From Octopus vulgaris (Eukaryota): 64,000 nucleotides of DNA. The notes beneath the pieces are model-generated. The model did no database searches, was not told where the DNA came from, and saw only the letters and a list, made by a program, of their open reading frames with translations. A program made the position numbers and the translations under genes. Of this stretch, positions 38,243 to 51,392 are shown in pieces. The stretch spans positions 20,646,001-20,710,000 of the forward strand of contig OX597824.1 in NCBI GenBank assembly GCA_951406725.2, read 5' to 3'. Positions within the stretch are counted from its first letter, which is position 1, and each line of letters starts with the position of its first letter.

Positions 38243-38322
38243 GAGATACAGAGAGATATATAATTATGTATGCATGTATATCGAAAGATTTACGAACGCA
38301 TACAGGTATGTATGTGTGTGTG

Positions 38323-38388
<66 letters not shown>

Positions 38389-38450
38389 CACATATATATA
38401 TATACACACACACACATATATGTATATACATCACTAAAGTGACTGCGAAT

Positions 38451-38518
<68 letters not shown>

Positions 38519-39242
38519 AGAGAGAGAGAGAGACTGTGTGTATGTGTGCGTGTTTGTGTGTGTGTATAACAGACAGATTGATAAAGGAACAGATAGCTAG
38601 ATAAAATGAGATAAAATGAGTACGTATATGTTTGTGTACAGTGTGTGGGATGGCGGAGGGGGGGAGGTGAATGCTTTCCCCCCTCCCTCCTACCAGCAAC
38701 CTTGTTTCACAGGGGACACACAAAGATAAGCAGAGAAGGGAGTAGTCTGATAGACAGCTAAAAAACAAAAAAAAATGTAAATAATGAATGAGTAAAAGCG
38801 AAAACTATAAACACACACGCACAGAGAAATCCAACTTTTTGACAGACACCGCAAAACACCCTTTCGGCTTCGAGCCAACGAGGGTTACCCCTACGTGGTC
38901 GCTCGCAACTGCTAAAAATAGAAGCTGAATACCCCCCCCCCCACATACACACACCCGAACTACACACTCCACCGGCAGACAAAAGGACACGCTGGGTAAT
39001 GTAGCCCTAGCTTCTCTTGCACAAAGAGAGCATGTTGAGTGGCTGTGTGGTAAGTAGCTTGCTTACCAACCACATGGTTCCGAGTTCAGTCCCACTGCGT
39101 GGCACCTTGGGCAAGTGTCTTCTACTATAGCCTCGGGCCGATTAAAGCCTTGTGAGTGAATTTGGTAGACGGAAACTGAAAGAAGACCGTCGTCTATATG
39201 TATATATATATTGGAAGGTTTGGAGATGATGTACAGGTATTA

Positions 39243-39432
39243 TATATTAGAAGAAATGAGGTACTCAGAAATTCGGATGCTTTTATATTTAGAGATATTT
39301 ATTTGTATATTACATGTTTTTATACATCATATAACTTAGATCATATATTAGCGCTTTCTCCCACATACAATATACAAATAAATATCTGAAAATATAAAAC
39401 CATCAGAATTTCTGAGTACCTCATTTCTTCTA

Positions 39433-39437
<5 letters not shown>
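39243..39437. repeat. Fold-back inverted repeat, ~69-bp arms
   Basis: 39243-39311 vs 39369-39437. Confidence 0.85.
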
Positions 39438-39460
<23 letters not shown>

Positions 39461-39465
<5 letters not shown>

Positions 39466-39720
39466 AAGTAATTAAGGGTTCAGCAACGATTTGCCTCACC
39501 ACACACCGAATTTAGAAATAGCAGTCAAAAAGTTTTGGCTATTCTTTCTACTTAAAAGGGAGATCCCAGTAAAACCCAAAGCACTTAAAAAAAAAAAAAA
39601 CGCAGGTAAAAGAGAAAGAAATAACGAAAATCATTCTATATTAAGTTACCTACGGACGCACGTTTCGGAATTAAGTCATTGCAGAGGCAAATCGTTGCTG
39701 AACCCTTAATTACTTAGTAT
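39461..39720. repeat. Inverted repeat with 37-bp arms; same family as 46121-46436
   Basis: atactaagtaattaagggttcagcaacgatttgcctc and its reverse complement at 39684-39720. Confidence 0.85.
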
Positions 39721-39945
39721 TACTTAAACCATCCTTGAATGGGTCTTTTACATGCCGAACTCTACTTGGTGAAATTAATGATTATTTCTAAATTAATTAA
39801 CTTCACCCTTTATTATTAATGATATATATATATATATATAAATATATATACACATACATATAAATATATATACACATACATATAAATATATATACACATA
39901 CATATAAATATATATACACATACATATAAATATATATACACATAC

Positions 39946-39990
<45 letters not shown>

Positions 39991-40374
39991 TACATATAAA
40001 TATATATATATATATGTGTGTGTATGTTTATGTGTGTGTGTGTGTATGTTTATGTGTCTGTGTTTGTCCCCCAACCCCCAACATCGCTTGACAACCGATG
40101 TTGGTGTTTACGTCCCCGTAACTTAGGGGTTCGGCAAAAGAGACCGATAGAATAAGTACTAGGCCTACAAAGAATAAGTCCCGGGTCGATTTGCTCGACT
40201 AAAGGCGGTGCTCCAGCATGGCCGCAGTCAAATGACTGAAACAAGTAAAAGAGATGGGCCCCAGCTGGGACTTCTCTGATCATACGACTGCCCGATCAGG
40301 GTTGAACTGCGCTAAACAGCAAAATCAACCGTTTTGTCTTGCAGCATCACCACAATGTCCACTCCTCAGCCGCT

Positions 40375-40596
40375 CTACCTGTTTCAGTCATTTGACTGTG
40401 GCCATGCTGGAGCACCGCACTGAAGGGTTATTTAATCGAACAAATCGACCCTAGAACTTCTTTTAAACCCTAGTACTTATTCTATCGGTTCCTTCTGTCG
40501 AGCCGCTAAGTTACAAATCAACATCTGTTGTCAAGCGGAGATGGGGGTGACAAACACAAGCACAAAAACACACACACACATCGTACATAAACACAC

Positions 40597-40660
<64 letters not shown>

Positions 40661-40852
40661 GTATATATATATATGTATACGTATATATACGACGGGATTC
40701 TTTCAGTTTCCGTCTACCAAGTTCACTCACAAGGCTCTGGTCGGCCCGAGGCTACAATAGAAGACTATAAGCTCAAGGTGCCACGCAGTGGGACTGAACC
40801 CGGAACCATGTAATTGGGAATCAGATTTTTTATCACATAGTCACGCCTGCTC
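40375..40852 (-). mobile_element. SINE family A
   Basis: Family A similarity. Confidence 0.8.
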
Positions 40853-41074
40853 CAATGAGTGTGTGTGTGTGTGTGTTTGTCCCCCCCCCCCCACCGTATT
40901 GCTTGACAACCGATGTTGGTGTATTTACGTACCCCGTAACTTAGCGGTTCGGCAGAAAAGTCCGATAGAATAAGTACTGGGCTTACAAAGTATAAGTCCT
41001 GGGGTCGATTTGTTCGACTAAAAATGGCGGTGCTCTAGCTTGGCCGCAGTCAAATGACAAAAGAATAAAATAAT

Positions 41075-41110
<36 letters not shown>

Positions 41111-41112
<2 letters not shown>

Positions 41113-41498
41113 AGGCGCAATGGCCCGGTGGTTAGGGCAGCGGTCTCGATGTTGTGGGATCGCGGTTTCGACTCACGGACCAGGCGTTGTGATTGTTTAT
41201 TGAGCGAAAACACTTAAAGCCCCACGAGGCTCCGGCAGAGGGTGGTGGCGAACCCGGCTGTACTCTTTCACCACAACTTTCTCTCACTCTTTCTTCCTGT
41301 TTCTGTTGTACCTGCATTTTTAAAGGGCCAGCCTTGTCACACTCAGTGTCACCCTGAATCTCTCCCCGAGAACTTACGTGAAGGCTACACGTGTCTGCGG
41401 AGTGCTCAGCCACTTCACTTGCACGTTAATATCACGAGCAGGCTGTTCCGCTGATCGGATCAACTACTGGGACCCTCGTCGTCGCAACAGACGGAGTA
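41111..41498 (+). mobile_element. SINE family C
   Basis: Matches 61202-61580. Confidence 0.85.
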
Positions 41499-41814
41499 TC
41501 ACATACACACAAACACACACGCACATACAACTATATTACACACAGTTGGTCTGCTCAAAGTTTTGTTTTCATTTTCCCCCTTCCTCCCATCCGAACCGAA
41601 ACCTTATTTTTTGGTAGTTTCTGTTCCACGCTTGTAAAACAACACTTCCTAAACGTATGAGATGGAAGTTCCTTGTTTTGGTAAATGTCTACGACTAGCT
41701 TCTTAGTGTTGTTTTACTTCTGCCGTTTTCGTGTTTTTGCTCTGCTTTGATTTGTTTCTATTTTTTTTTTTTTTTATATTTTTTACTCTTTTCATTGTTG
41801 CTCGTGTTTGACAC

Positions 41815-42029
41815 TCTCTTTTACTCTTTTACTTGTTTCAGTCATTTGACTGCGGCCATGCTGGGGCACCGCCATTTTTAATCGAGCAAATCGACCCCGG
41901 GACTTATTCTTTTTGTAAGCCCAGTACTTATTCTATCGGTCTCTTTTGCCGAACCGCTAAGTGACGGGGACGTAAACACACCAGCATCGGTTGTCAAGCG
42001 ATGCTAGGGGGACAAACACAGACACACAA

Positions 42030-42072
<43 letters not shown>

Positions 42073-42240
42073 TACGACAGGCTTCTTTCAGTTTCCGTCT
42101 ACCAAATCCATTCACAAGGCATTGGGTCGGCCCGGGGCTATAGCAGAAGACACTTGCCCAAGATGCCACGCAGTGGGACTGAACCCGGAACCATGTGGTT
42201 GGTAAGCAAGCTACTTACCACACAGCCACTCCTGCGCCTA
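41815..42240 (-). mobile_element. SINE family A, full length
   Basis: Head, internal (TA)n, tail. Confidence 0.9.
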
Positions 42241-42559
42241 TTTATTTGCGTTATTTTTTTTTTAATTTAAAATTTAGAAATTACCTGCCTTCGCATCCAT
42301 TTATAATTGGGATAGAGACAGAGTGAAAAAAAAAACATAGATAGACAGACAAACAGAGGATAAGTAATAGAAACAAAATAATAAAAGCTGGCGGTGTTGT
42401 TAGTGTTATAGCCCCAGATCAGTCCTGGCTGGGCAGGGCTCAAACTTGCCAGCCAGTGGTCAGTCTATTATTTAAGAAAGAAAGTTGTTCAGACAAATCG
42501 AGCGTAAAATAAACGGTTACATTCTCCAATATACCCTTCTTTTGTCTTTATAAGCAGCA

Positions 42560-42890
42560 GAGTGTGATTTGAAGGCAGTTTGACAGTTATTTCTAGCAGG
42601 GCGAACGACCACGAAAATACAGTTTCAGTCATGAATCTATCTGATTTCCAGCCGACCAGGGAGCCTCGAAGTGGTTGCTCGGCCTGCTAGAAATAGTAGC
42701 TCAAAACTCCTTAATCAATGTCAGAGTGAGATTTGAAGGCATTTGACATCTATTTCAAGCAGGGCGAACGACCACGAAAATACAGTTTCAGTCATGAATC
42801 TATCAGATTTTCAACCGACCAGAGAGCTTCGAAGTGGTCGCCCGGCCTGCTAGAAATAGCAGCTCAAAACTCCTTAATCAATATCACCCC
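42560..42890. repeat. Tandem duplication (~165 bp x2) of a unit with inverted ends
   Basis: tatttctagcagggcgaacgaccac...gtggttgctcggcctgctagaaatag, present twice. Confidence 0.75.
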
Positions 42891-43316
42891 CGGCAATCTT
42901 TCGGTGTTTGTACAATTTACGTCGTTTTTAAATCAGGTTTTTTTTTTATCTCAGCTTGGACGCTTTTGTTCGTAGGCCTACTGGACCAGAACTGACATGG
43001 GGCTATGCAACACCACAGCCAAATCGGATGAACAATGCTGGTAAATAGAATAATTTCTTAGACGCAAGATGACAGATAGGAGTGAGGGAGGAGAGGGAAC
43101 AGTCGATCGAATATAATTCTTTATTTTTATCCAACCCGGAAGAACGAACGACTAAATTAGAATCCAATCTCAGAATATTAAAAAAAAAAATTAATAATCA
43201 CTAGGCTGTTTGTCTGACACATTTGGACAGACACCCAACCACCTTTCTCTAAACAGACGATATGCTTTCATGGGACAGGACAGATAGGCAGTGCTTGTGT
43301 ACGTGCGTGCATGTAT

Positions 43317-43731
43317 ACTCTCTTTTACTCTTCTACTTGTTTCCGTCATTTGACTGCGGCCATGCTGGAGCACCGCCTTTAATCGAGCAACTCGACCCCG
43401 GGACTTATTCTTTTGTAAGCCCAGTACTTATTCTATCGGTCTCTTTTGCCGAACCGCTAAGTAACGGGGACATAAACACACCAGCATCGGTTGTCAAGCA
43501 ATGCTAGGGGACAAACACAGACACACAAACACGCATATTTATATATATATATATATACATATATACGACGGGCTTCTTTCAGTTTCCGTCTACCAAATCC
43601 ACTCACAAGGCTTTGGTCGGCCCGAGGCTATAGTAGAAGACACTTACTCAAGGTGCCACGCAGTGGGGACTGAACCCGGAACCATGTGGCTAGTAGACAA
43701 GCTACTTACCACACAGCCACTCCTGCGCCTA
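43317..43731 (-). mobile_element. SINE family A, full length
   Basis: Head, internal (TA)n, tail. Confidence 0.9.
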
Positions 43732-43972
43732 TGTATACGGATGCAGGCAAGAACGAGTGTAAATGTATTTTTGTTTGGAATTTTGTTTTTGTTTTCGAGC
43801 GGAAAAAGACGTGAGACGAAAACAATTCATGGTAATTTTTTTCTTTACTTTTTTTTTTTTGTGTGAAAAGTGTAGGGGTGAGGTGGTAAAAACTTACCCA
43901 ATTTATTTGGAAAACTAGGTAAATCATTCAATAAAATAAACAAATACTGCAACACCCCCTAAAGAAAACCAG

Positions 43973-44391
43973 GGATTTTTTCGGTTTGAACGGCAGTTTT
44001 TTCTAGCAGTGTCATATGAAACTGTCACCCATAATTATGACCTTAGTATCGATCTATTGCATTTTAATCTGTTTTAGGGTTAGGGGTGGGGGGAAGGGTA
44101 TCTTTTTTTTCTTCACAAATGTAAATAAATCCAATCTGTTTCTTAAACGAGGGACATATTCATAACGGCACAGAATGTTGTTTTTTTACCTCAATAGACG
44201 TCATTGATTGGTTGAAATTGCAGAAATTGAAGAAAAAAAAAACAACGAATATCTTACAAACCATAGAATTTTCTCAATAAAGCCAAGAGAAAAAGATGTT
44301 TCATAAACACATTCTACCAGTATACGAAGTTTACAATTTTTTAGTTACCTAGAAATTTTGTTAAAAACTGCCGTTCAAACCGAAAAGATGC
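43973..44391. mobile_element. Merlin-like MITE (family M1)
   Basis: TIR ggat(c/t)ttttcggtttgaacggcagttttt; copies at 57798 and 59061. Confidence 0.85.
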
Positions 44392-46086
44392 GAAAACAAT
44401 TCATGGTCATTTTGGGGGGGGGGTGAAAAGTGTAGGGGTGAGGTGGAAAAAATTTACCCAATTTATTTGGAAAACTAGGTAAATCATTGAATAAAATAAA
44501 CAAAAAAACTACAAACCCTAAAGAAAACCAGTTATGACCAACGTACATGGAAGAAGAAATAATAAAAGTTTGTTAATGTGTTCTTCGAGAAAGATTACAC
44601 AAAACAAAGCGGTTACTGTCCGGAACTCATTCATTCATCTCTCTCTCTCTCTCTCACCCTCATCTCTCTCTTTCTTTCTCTCTCTCTTCTCTTTCTCACC
44701 TCTCACAGACCACACAAACTTATTTCAAAATAAAACGAATAAAGAACTTAGCAGAACTTGGAGTACTGCAAATTATTGGCCTTCGCGTCCAATTATAAAC
44801 TGAGATATTGAGAGAGAGAGAGAGAGAGAAAATGAGAGAGGCGGCAGACAGACAGGGGAAGAGACAGACAGATAGACAAACACAGAAAAAAAAAGAGTAA
44901 GAAACGTACGCAGAAATCAAAGATAATGAAAGAAATACGAGAAAACCACGGTGAACGGGGAGATTCCTGAGTGGTGGTGGTCTCTATGGCGATAAGAATC
45001 GATTCTGTCAATAAACGATATTTTAGCGAGCCGCGGGGCCTCCTCCCAATGTCTTGCTTGCCCTTGTGGGTGAAGAAAGGATATTTTAAAGTTCTCGGGG
45101 CAGCAGCAGCGCGAACCTTCGTCCGAGAAGGATCGGAGGAGGAACTGCAATGTGGGAGGTGACTTAGGATGAAGAGAGTGTGTAAGAGAGAGACGGAGAG
45201 GGTGGGAGAAAGCGTGAGGCTGAAGAGGGAGGAGGAGGAGGAGGGAGAAAGATGCGAAGGCGGGAGGGAGATGAGGAGTAGAGAGAGGAAGAAAGAGAGA
45301 GGGAGGGAGGAGAATACTAACGCGTTCGTATGTGTGTGCGTGCGTGTGACTTATGTGTAAGTGACTTGTGTGTGCTGTACAGTGTATGTGCACGTGTGTG
45401 CGTATGTGTGTGTGTATGGAGTAGTGAGCGGTGAGAGACAAGAGCGTGTGTGTGTGTGACGTATGTGTAAGTAACTTGTGTGTGTGCGTGCGTGCGTGTG
45501 TGTGTGGAGTAGTGAGAGGCGAGAGGCAAGAGTGTGCGTGTGCGTGTATGTGACGCATGTGTAAGCAACTTGTGTATGTTGTACAGTATATGTGTACGTC
45601 TATGTGCGTGCGTGCGTGCGTGTGTGGAGTAGTGAGCGGTGAGAGAGAGACAAGAGTGAGGTGTGTGTGTGTGTGTAAAGTGCGTGTGTGTGTGAGTGTA
45701 GAAGTGAGCCAAGCATTCGTGAAACGAGGAGAGGGTTAGCCTCGATAGCCGGTGGTCCTCCTCCTTACTTTATCCTTCTCCAGCTCCATCTCTTCTGCCT
45801 CAGCTTCTGTGTTTCAAAAGAAGACGAAACAAAAGGCCACTTTATACTCTGCAACTGTGGTAACAGATCACACGCACACACTCATCTACATATATATACA
45901 TATATAGATACATACACAAACACACACACGTACGTTGTCAATTGTTTCACGGGATTCTATTTACATACCCACGTGTCTTTGCAGTCTAAGCTTCATTGAT
46001 GTCTACATACATCGGACCATTCGGGTATGTAAACAAAATACCTTTTCTATTGCATATATAAATGTCTGCGCGCGTATTTTTACGTT

Positions 46087-46119
<33 letters not shown>

Positions 46120-46220
46120 TTATCAATAATAATACAGGGTGAAATCAATTAATTTGGAATAATCATTAATTTCACCAAGTAGTAGATTTCGGCATGTAAA
46201 AGCCCCATTCAAGGAAGGTT

Positions 46221-46434
46221 TAAGTAATACTAAGTAATTAAGGGTTTAGCAACGATTTGCCTCACCACACACCGAATTTAGAAATAGCAGTCAAAGAGTT
46301 TTTGGCTATTCTTTCTACTTACTGGGATCTCCCTTTAAGTAGAAAGAATAGCCAAAACTCTTTTGACTGCTATTTCTAAACTCGGTGTGTGGTGAGGCAA
46401 ATCGTTGCTAAACCCTTAATTACTTAGTATTACT

Positions 46435-46436
<2 letters not shown>
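46221..46436. repeat. Near-perfect hairpin, 101-bp arms, 14-nt loop, probable PLE terminus
   Basis: 46221-46321 vs 46336-46436; between (TA)n runs. Confidence 0.9.
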
Positions 46437-46467
<31 letters not shown>

Positions 46468-47212
46468 ATTTATATATTTGTGACTACGTATGTTATGTAT
46501 GTATATATTGAATTAAGCCGGTGGCTGTAATTAATAGTCGATGGAATTTACTTCAAAATGCGATGTGTACTGAACAGTTTGTCGTATAAATTCTTCATGT
46601 ATATCTTCAACCAAAATCTATTTACTACCTACCCGAACAAGAACGAGATAGTTCATGTAGGGTGGATGGAACTTTTGTAGTCGGTTGTATTTGTTGGTCT
46701 TTTAATGTTGTTGTTTTTTTGGTGTCCTGTACCTATATATGCATGTATATATACATATAGATGTAGGTATGTACATACATGTACGTATATATGCGTATAT
46801 TTTATTCATTATTTTGTTATTTTATATATATGTGCTTCTATGCCTATGCGAGTGTGTGTATAAATCGCATCGGAACTCCGCCAAAAGTGTTTATAGAGAG
46901 AGAGAGAGAGAAGTATCTCAAAGACCGGTTAATTAGATTTGTTTGAGAAACCAAGTGTTTATAAGTGGTGTATGGAAAGCGGTTTATATGTGTACGGGAA
47001 AAGAAAAGTGTGGGTGTATATATAAGTATAAAAGAAAAACGAAGCGTTTATATTTACGGAATGATGGTGTAAATGTATATATAAAAAAACCGTGTTTGTT
47101 TATACGTGAAGTATTTTCGATGTGTGTGAATATCAGTATTTATATGTTTACGATAGTGTTCGTAAAGAATGAATTGGAAAGACAAAGTTTGGGAAATATG
47201 TTAAGTAGAAAT

Positions 47213-47654
47213 CTTGTTTCAGTCATTTGACCGTGGCCATGCTGGAGTATTGCCTTTATTTAGCCGAGCGAATCGACCCCTTGGACTTATTCTTTGTAAA
47301 CCTAGTACTTATTCTATCGGTCTGTTTTGCCGAGCCGCTAAATTACGGGGGCGTAAACACACTAGCATCGGTTGTCAAGTGATGTTGGGGACACACACAC
47401 AAACACATACATACATACATACATACGTACATACATATATATGTATATATAGAACGGGCTTCTTTCAGTTTCCGTCTACCAAATCCACTCACAAGGCTTT
47501 GGTCGGCCCGAGGCTATAGTAGAATAGTAGAAGACACCTGCCCAAGGTGCCAGGCAGTGGGACTGAACCCAGAACCATGTGGTTCGTAAGCAAGCTACTT
47601 ATCACAAGCCACTCCTACGACTATATATATATATATAGGGGACTACTATCTCTA

Positions 47655-47693
<39 letters not shown>

Positions 47694-48310
47694 TCCCACT
47701 GCGTGGCACCTTGAGCAAGTGTCTTCTACTATAGCCTCGGGCCGACCAAAGCCTTCTGAGTGGATTTAGATAACGGAAACTGAAAGAAGCCCGTCGTACA
47801 TATATGTCTATGTGTGTATCTGTGTTTGTCCACCCCACCCCTATACCGGTGTGGGTGTGTTTACATCCCCGTAACTTAGAGATAGAATAAGTAAAAAACG
47901 AGTACTGGGGTCGATTCATTCGACTAAAAATTCACGTCGGTGCCCCAGCATGGCCGCAGACTAATGATTGAAACCGATAAAAGATAATATACAGGCGGAG
48001 TGGCTATGGTAAGAAGCTTGCTTCCCAACCACAAGATTCTGGGTTCAGTCCCACTGCGTGACACCTTGGGCAAGTGTCTCCTACTATAGCCTCGGGCCGA
48101 CCAAAGCCTTATATATATATACATATATACAGGCTTATATATATGTTGGTGTGTTTACGTTCCCGTAACTTGGCGGTTCGGCAAAAGAGACCGATAGAAT
48201 AAGTACTAGGCTTACAAAGAATAAAGTCCTGGGATCGATTTGTTCGACTAAAAGGCGGTGCTCCAGCATGGTCGCAGTCAAATTATGGAAACCAGTAAAC
48301 GAATAAAAGA
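47213..48310. mobile_element. Cluster of three family A SINEs (one -, two +)
   Basis: 47213-47620 (-), 47690-47985 (+), 47991-48310 (+). Confidence 0.8.
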
Positions 48311-48754
48311 GTATATATATAAAGAGAGGTGAAGGGGATATATATATATATATATATATTATTTATGTATATATTGATATTTGTGTGTGTGTGTGTATGT
48401 ATAGTTGTCAGTTTTACAATTTTATTTAGACGCAAACCCATAATAGAGAGTGTCAAAGTATAGAGTTTGGCCGAAGTCCATATATTTATAATCATTCCAC
48501 TGTCCGATCGATTTAACACTACGGCCTGGCCCTTGTGTGTCTTTGGCGATTCCCCGAAAAAGGTTTATGGGTGAAAGGTGCAAAAGTGTGGCGGGGAGAC
48601 GAGGGCAAACATTTTAAAAATCAAATTTTTTCTTTTTTTTTTTTTGTGCCCGTTTTCCTATGCCTTGGTGTATGGGACATAGAGATAATAACTATTCCCA
48701 AAACTCCGCCACCCGAGGTTGCTGGACTTCCTCTTCTGACAAAGAAATAATAAT

Positions 48755-49300
48755 AATAATCCTTTCTACTGAAGTGAAGGCACAAGGCCTTGAAATTTTG
48801 GGGGAGGGGACTAGTTGATTACATCAACCTTTATCAACCCCGAAAAGATGAATGGCAAAGTCGAATTCGGCGGAATTTGAACTCAGAACGTAAAGACGGG
48901 ACGAAATGCCGCTAAACATTTTGCCTGGCGTGCTAACGATTCTGTCAGTTGACGATGATGATCCTTTTTACTATAGGCACAAGGCCTGAAATTTTGGGGG
49001 AGGGAGATTGTCGATTACACCGACCCCAATGTTTCACTGGTACTTATTTCAACGACTCTGGAAGGATGAAAGTCAAAGTTGACCTCGGTGGAATTTGAAC
49101 TCAGAACGTGAAGACGGACGAAATACTGCTCAACGTTTTGCCCGGGTATTACCCGGGTAACGATTCTACCAATTCGCCACCTAAATAATAATAACAATAA
49201 CCCTTTCAACTAAAGACACAAGGCCTGAAATTTTATAGGAGGGGACTAGTCCATTACATCGACCCTCCCCCCCAATTTTTCATTGGTACTTAATTTATCG
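48755..49300 (-). mobile_element. Cluster of older family B SINEs
   Basis: Three copies with ggcacaaggcctgaaattt tails. Confidence 0.75.
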
Positions 49301-49486
49301 ACTATCCCTGTAACTTTGCGGTTCGGCAAAAGAGACCGATAAAATAAGTACTAGGTTTACAAAGTATGTCATTTGGGTCGATTTGCTCGACTAAAGGCGG
49401 TGCTCCAGCATAGCCGCAATCAAATGAAAAATAAAAGTGAAACATGAATATACACACACACACACACACACACACATTCACTTATA

Positions 49487-50155
49487 TAGGCTCAGGCATG
49501 GCTGTGTGACTTCCCAACTCCGTGGTTTCGAGTTCAGTCCCACTGCATACCACCTTGGGCAAGTGTCTTCTACTGTAGCCTCGGGCCGACTAAAGCCGCG
49601 TGAGAGGATTTCAAAGGCGGAAACTGAAAGAAGTCCCTCCTATCTTTGTGTGTGTGTGTGTGTGTGTGTGTGTCATCATCGCTCGGCAACTAGTGATGGT
49701 GTGTTTACGTCCTCGCAACTTAGCAGTTCGGCAAAAGAAAAAAAAAACAATAAAAATAAAAGGTACTAGGCTTAAAAAAAAAAGGTACTAGGCTCAGGCA
49801 TGGCTGTGTGGCTTCCCAACTCCGTGGTTTCGAGTTCAGTCCCACTGCACACCACCTTGAGCAAGTGTCTTCTACTGTAGCCCCGGACCGACCAAAGCCG
49901 TGTGAGAGGATTTCGAAGGCGGAAACTGAAAGAAGTCCCTCCTATCTTTGTGTGTGTGTGTCATCATCGCTCGGCAACTAGTGATGGTGTGTTTACGTCC
50001 TCGCAACTTAGCAGTTCGGCAAAAGAAAAAAGAAAAACAATAAAAAAAAAAGGTACTAGGCTTAACAAAAAAATAAGTCTTAAAAACTCTTCTTCAAGGC
50101 GGTTGCTGCAACATGGCCACAGTCTAATGACTACAACAAGCAAAAGATAAAAGAT
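49487..50155 (+). mobile_element. Tandemly duplicated family A SINE
   Basis: taggctcaggcatggctgtgtg at 49487 and 49788 with shared diagnostic variants. Confidence 0.8.
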
Positions 50156-50501
50156 AGCTACGCGCGCAAATGCGTTCTATGACACAAATTATGTTATGCA
50201 ATGGACACTGCTATGAAGTCAGCTGTTTGCAAATCTCACAAGAGCTGCATACTGGCAATGCATGGTGTTCAGTTTACACAGGACAGGGGCAGCACTTGTA
50301 AAGGATACTTATGATCAGTAACATTCTATTCGTGACCACCACACTGTCCTTTTAAGGCACGATGAGGTGATCTCCGCGATATATTTGGCTACTACTTCTG
50401 GTGTGTGTGTGTGTGTGTGTGTACATGCACATATACAAACACATACATATATGTGCATAAACACACACACACACACGATATATATATATATATATATATA
50501 T

Positions 50502-50733
50502 GAAGGCGGCGAGCTGGCAGAAACGTTAGCACGCCGGGCGAAATGCGTTGCTGTATTTCGTCTGCCGTTACGTTCCGAGTTCAAATTCCGCCGAGGTTGA
50601 CTTTGCCTTTCATCCTTCCGGGGTCGATAAATTAAGTACCAGTTACGCACTGGGGTCGATGTAATCGACTTAATCCGTTTGTCTGTCCTTGTTTGTCTAC
50701 TCTGTGTTTAGCCCCTTGTGGGTAGTAAAGAAA
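50502..50733 (+). mobile_element. SINE family B monomer inserted in (TA)n
   Basis: Full head-to-tail copy. Confidence 0.9.
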
Positions 50734-50911
50734 TATATATATATATATATATATATACACTCACAAACATATGTATATATAAGTATATACAGATAAATGT
50801 GTGTGTATTGCGCTTCACCCTCTGGCCGAGAACTGAAGGAGTTGGTGATCTTCTGTGTTTTCCGTTCGTCTGAGTATGTTTTTTTTTTTTTTACTACACG
50901 TTTTAAATATA

Positions 50912-50953
<42 letters not shown>

Positions 50954-50955
50954 CG

Positions 50956-51328
50956 TAGGTGCAGGAGTGGCTGTGCGGTAAGTAGCTTGGTTACCAACCA
51001 CATGGTTCCGGGTTCAGTCCCACTGCGTGGCATCTTGGGCAAGTGTCTCCTTCTATAGTCTCGGGTCGACCAAAGCCTTGTGAGTGGATTTGGTAGACGG
51101 AAACTGAAAGAAGCCCGTCATATGTGTGTGTTTGTGTGTCTGTATTTGCCACCCCCTTAACATCGCTTGACAACCGATGCTGGTGGGTTTACGTCCCCGA
51201 AACTTAGCAAAAGAGACCGACAGAGTAAGTATAAGGCTTACAAAGAGTAAGTTCTGGGGTCGATTTGCTTGACTAAAGGCGGTGCTCCAGCATGGCCGCA
51301 GTCAAATGACTGAAACAAATAAAAGAAT
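50956..51328 (+). mobile_element. SINE family A
   Basis: Full copy. Confidence 0.9.
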
Positions 51329-51392
51329 ACATGGGTATGTCATATTTTCCGTTTGTTGTCTTTTTACTTAATCCTGAATATATATATACATA

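Larger units (their letters stand above)
39037..40253 (+). mobile_element. SINE family A split by insertions in its internal microsatellite
   Basis: Head 39037-39200, tail 40040-40253, two fold-back elements between. Confidence 0.8.
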
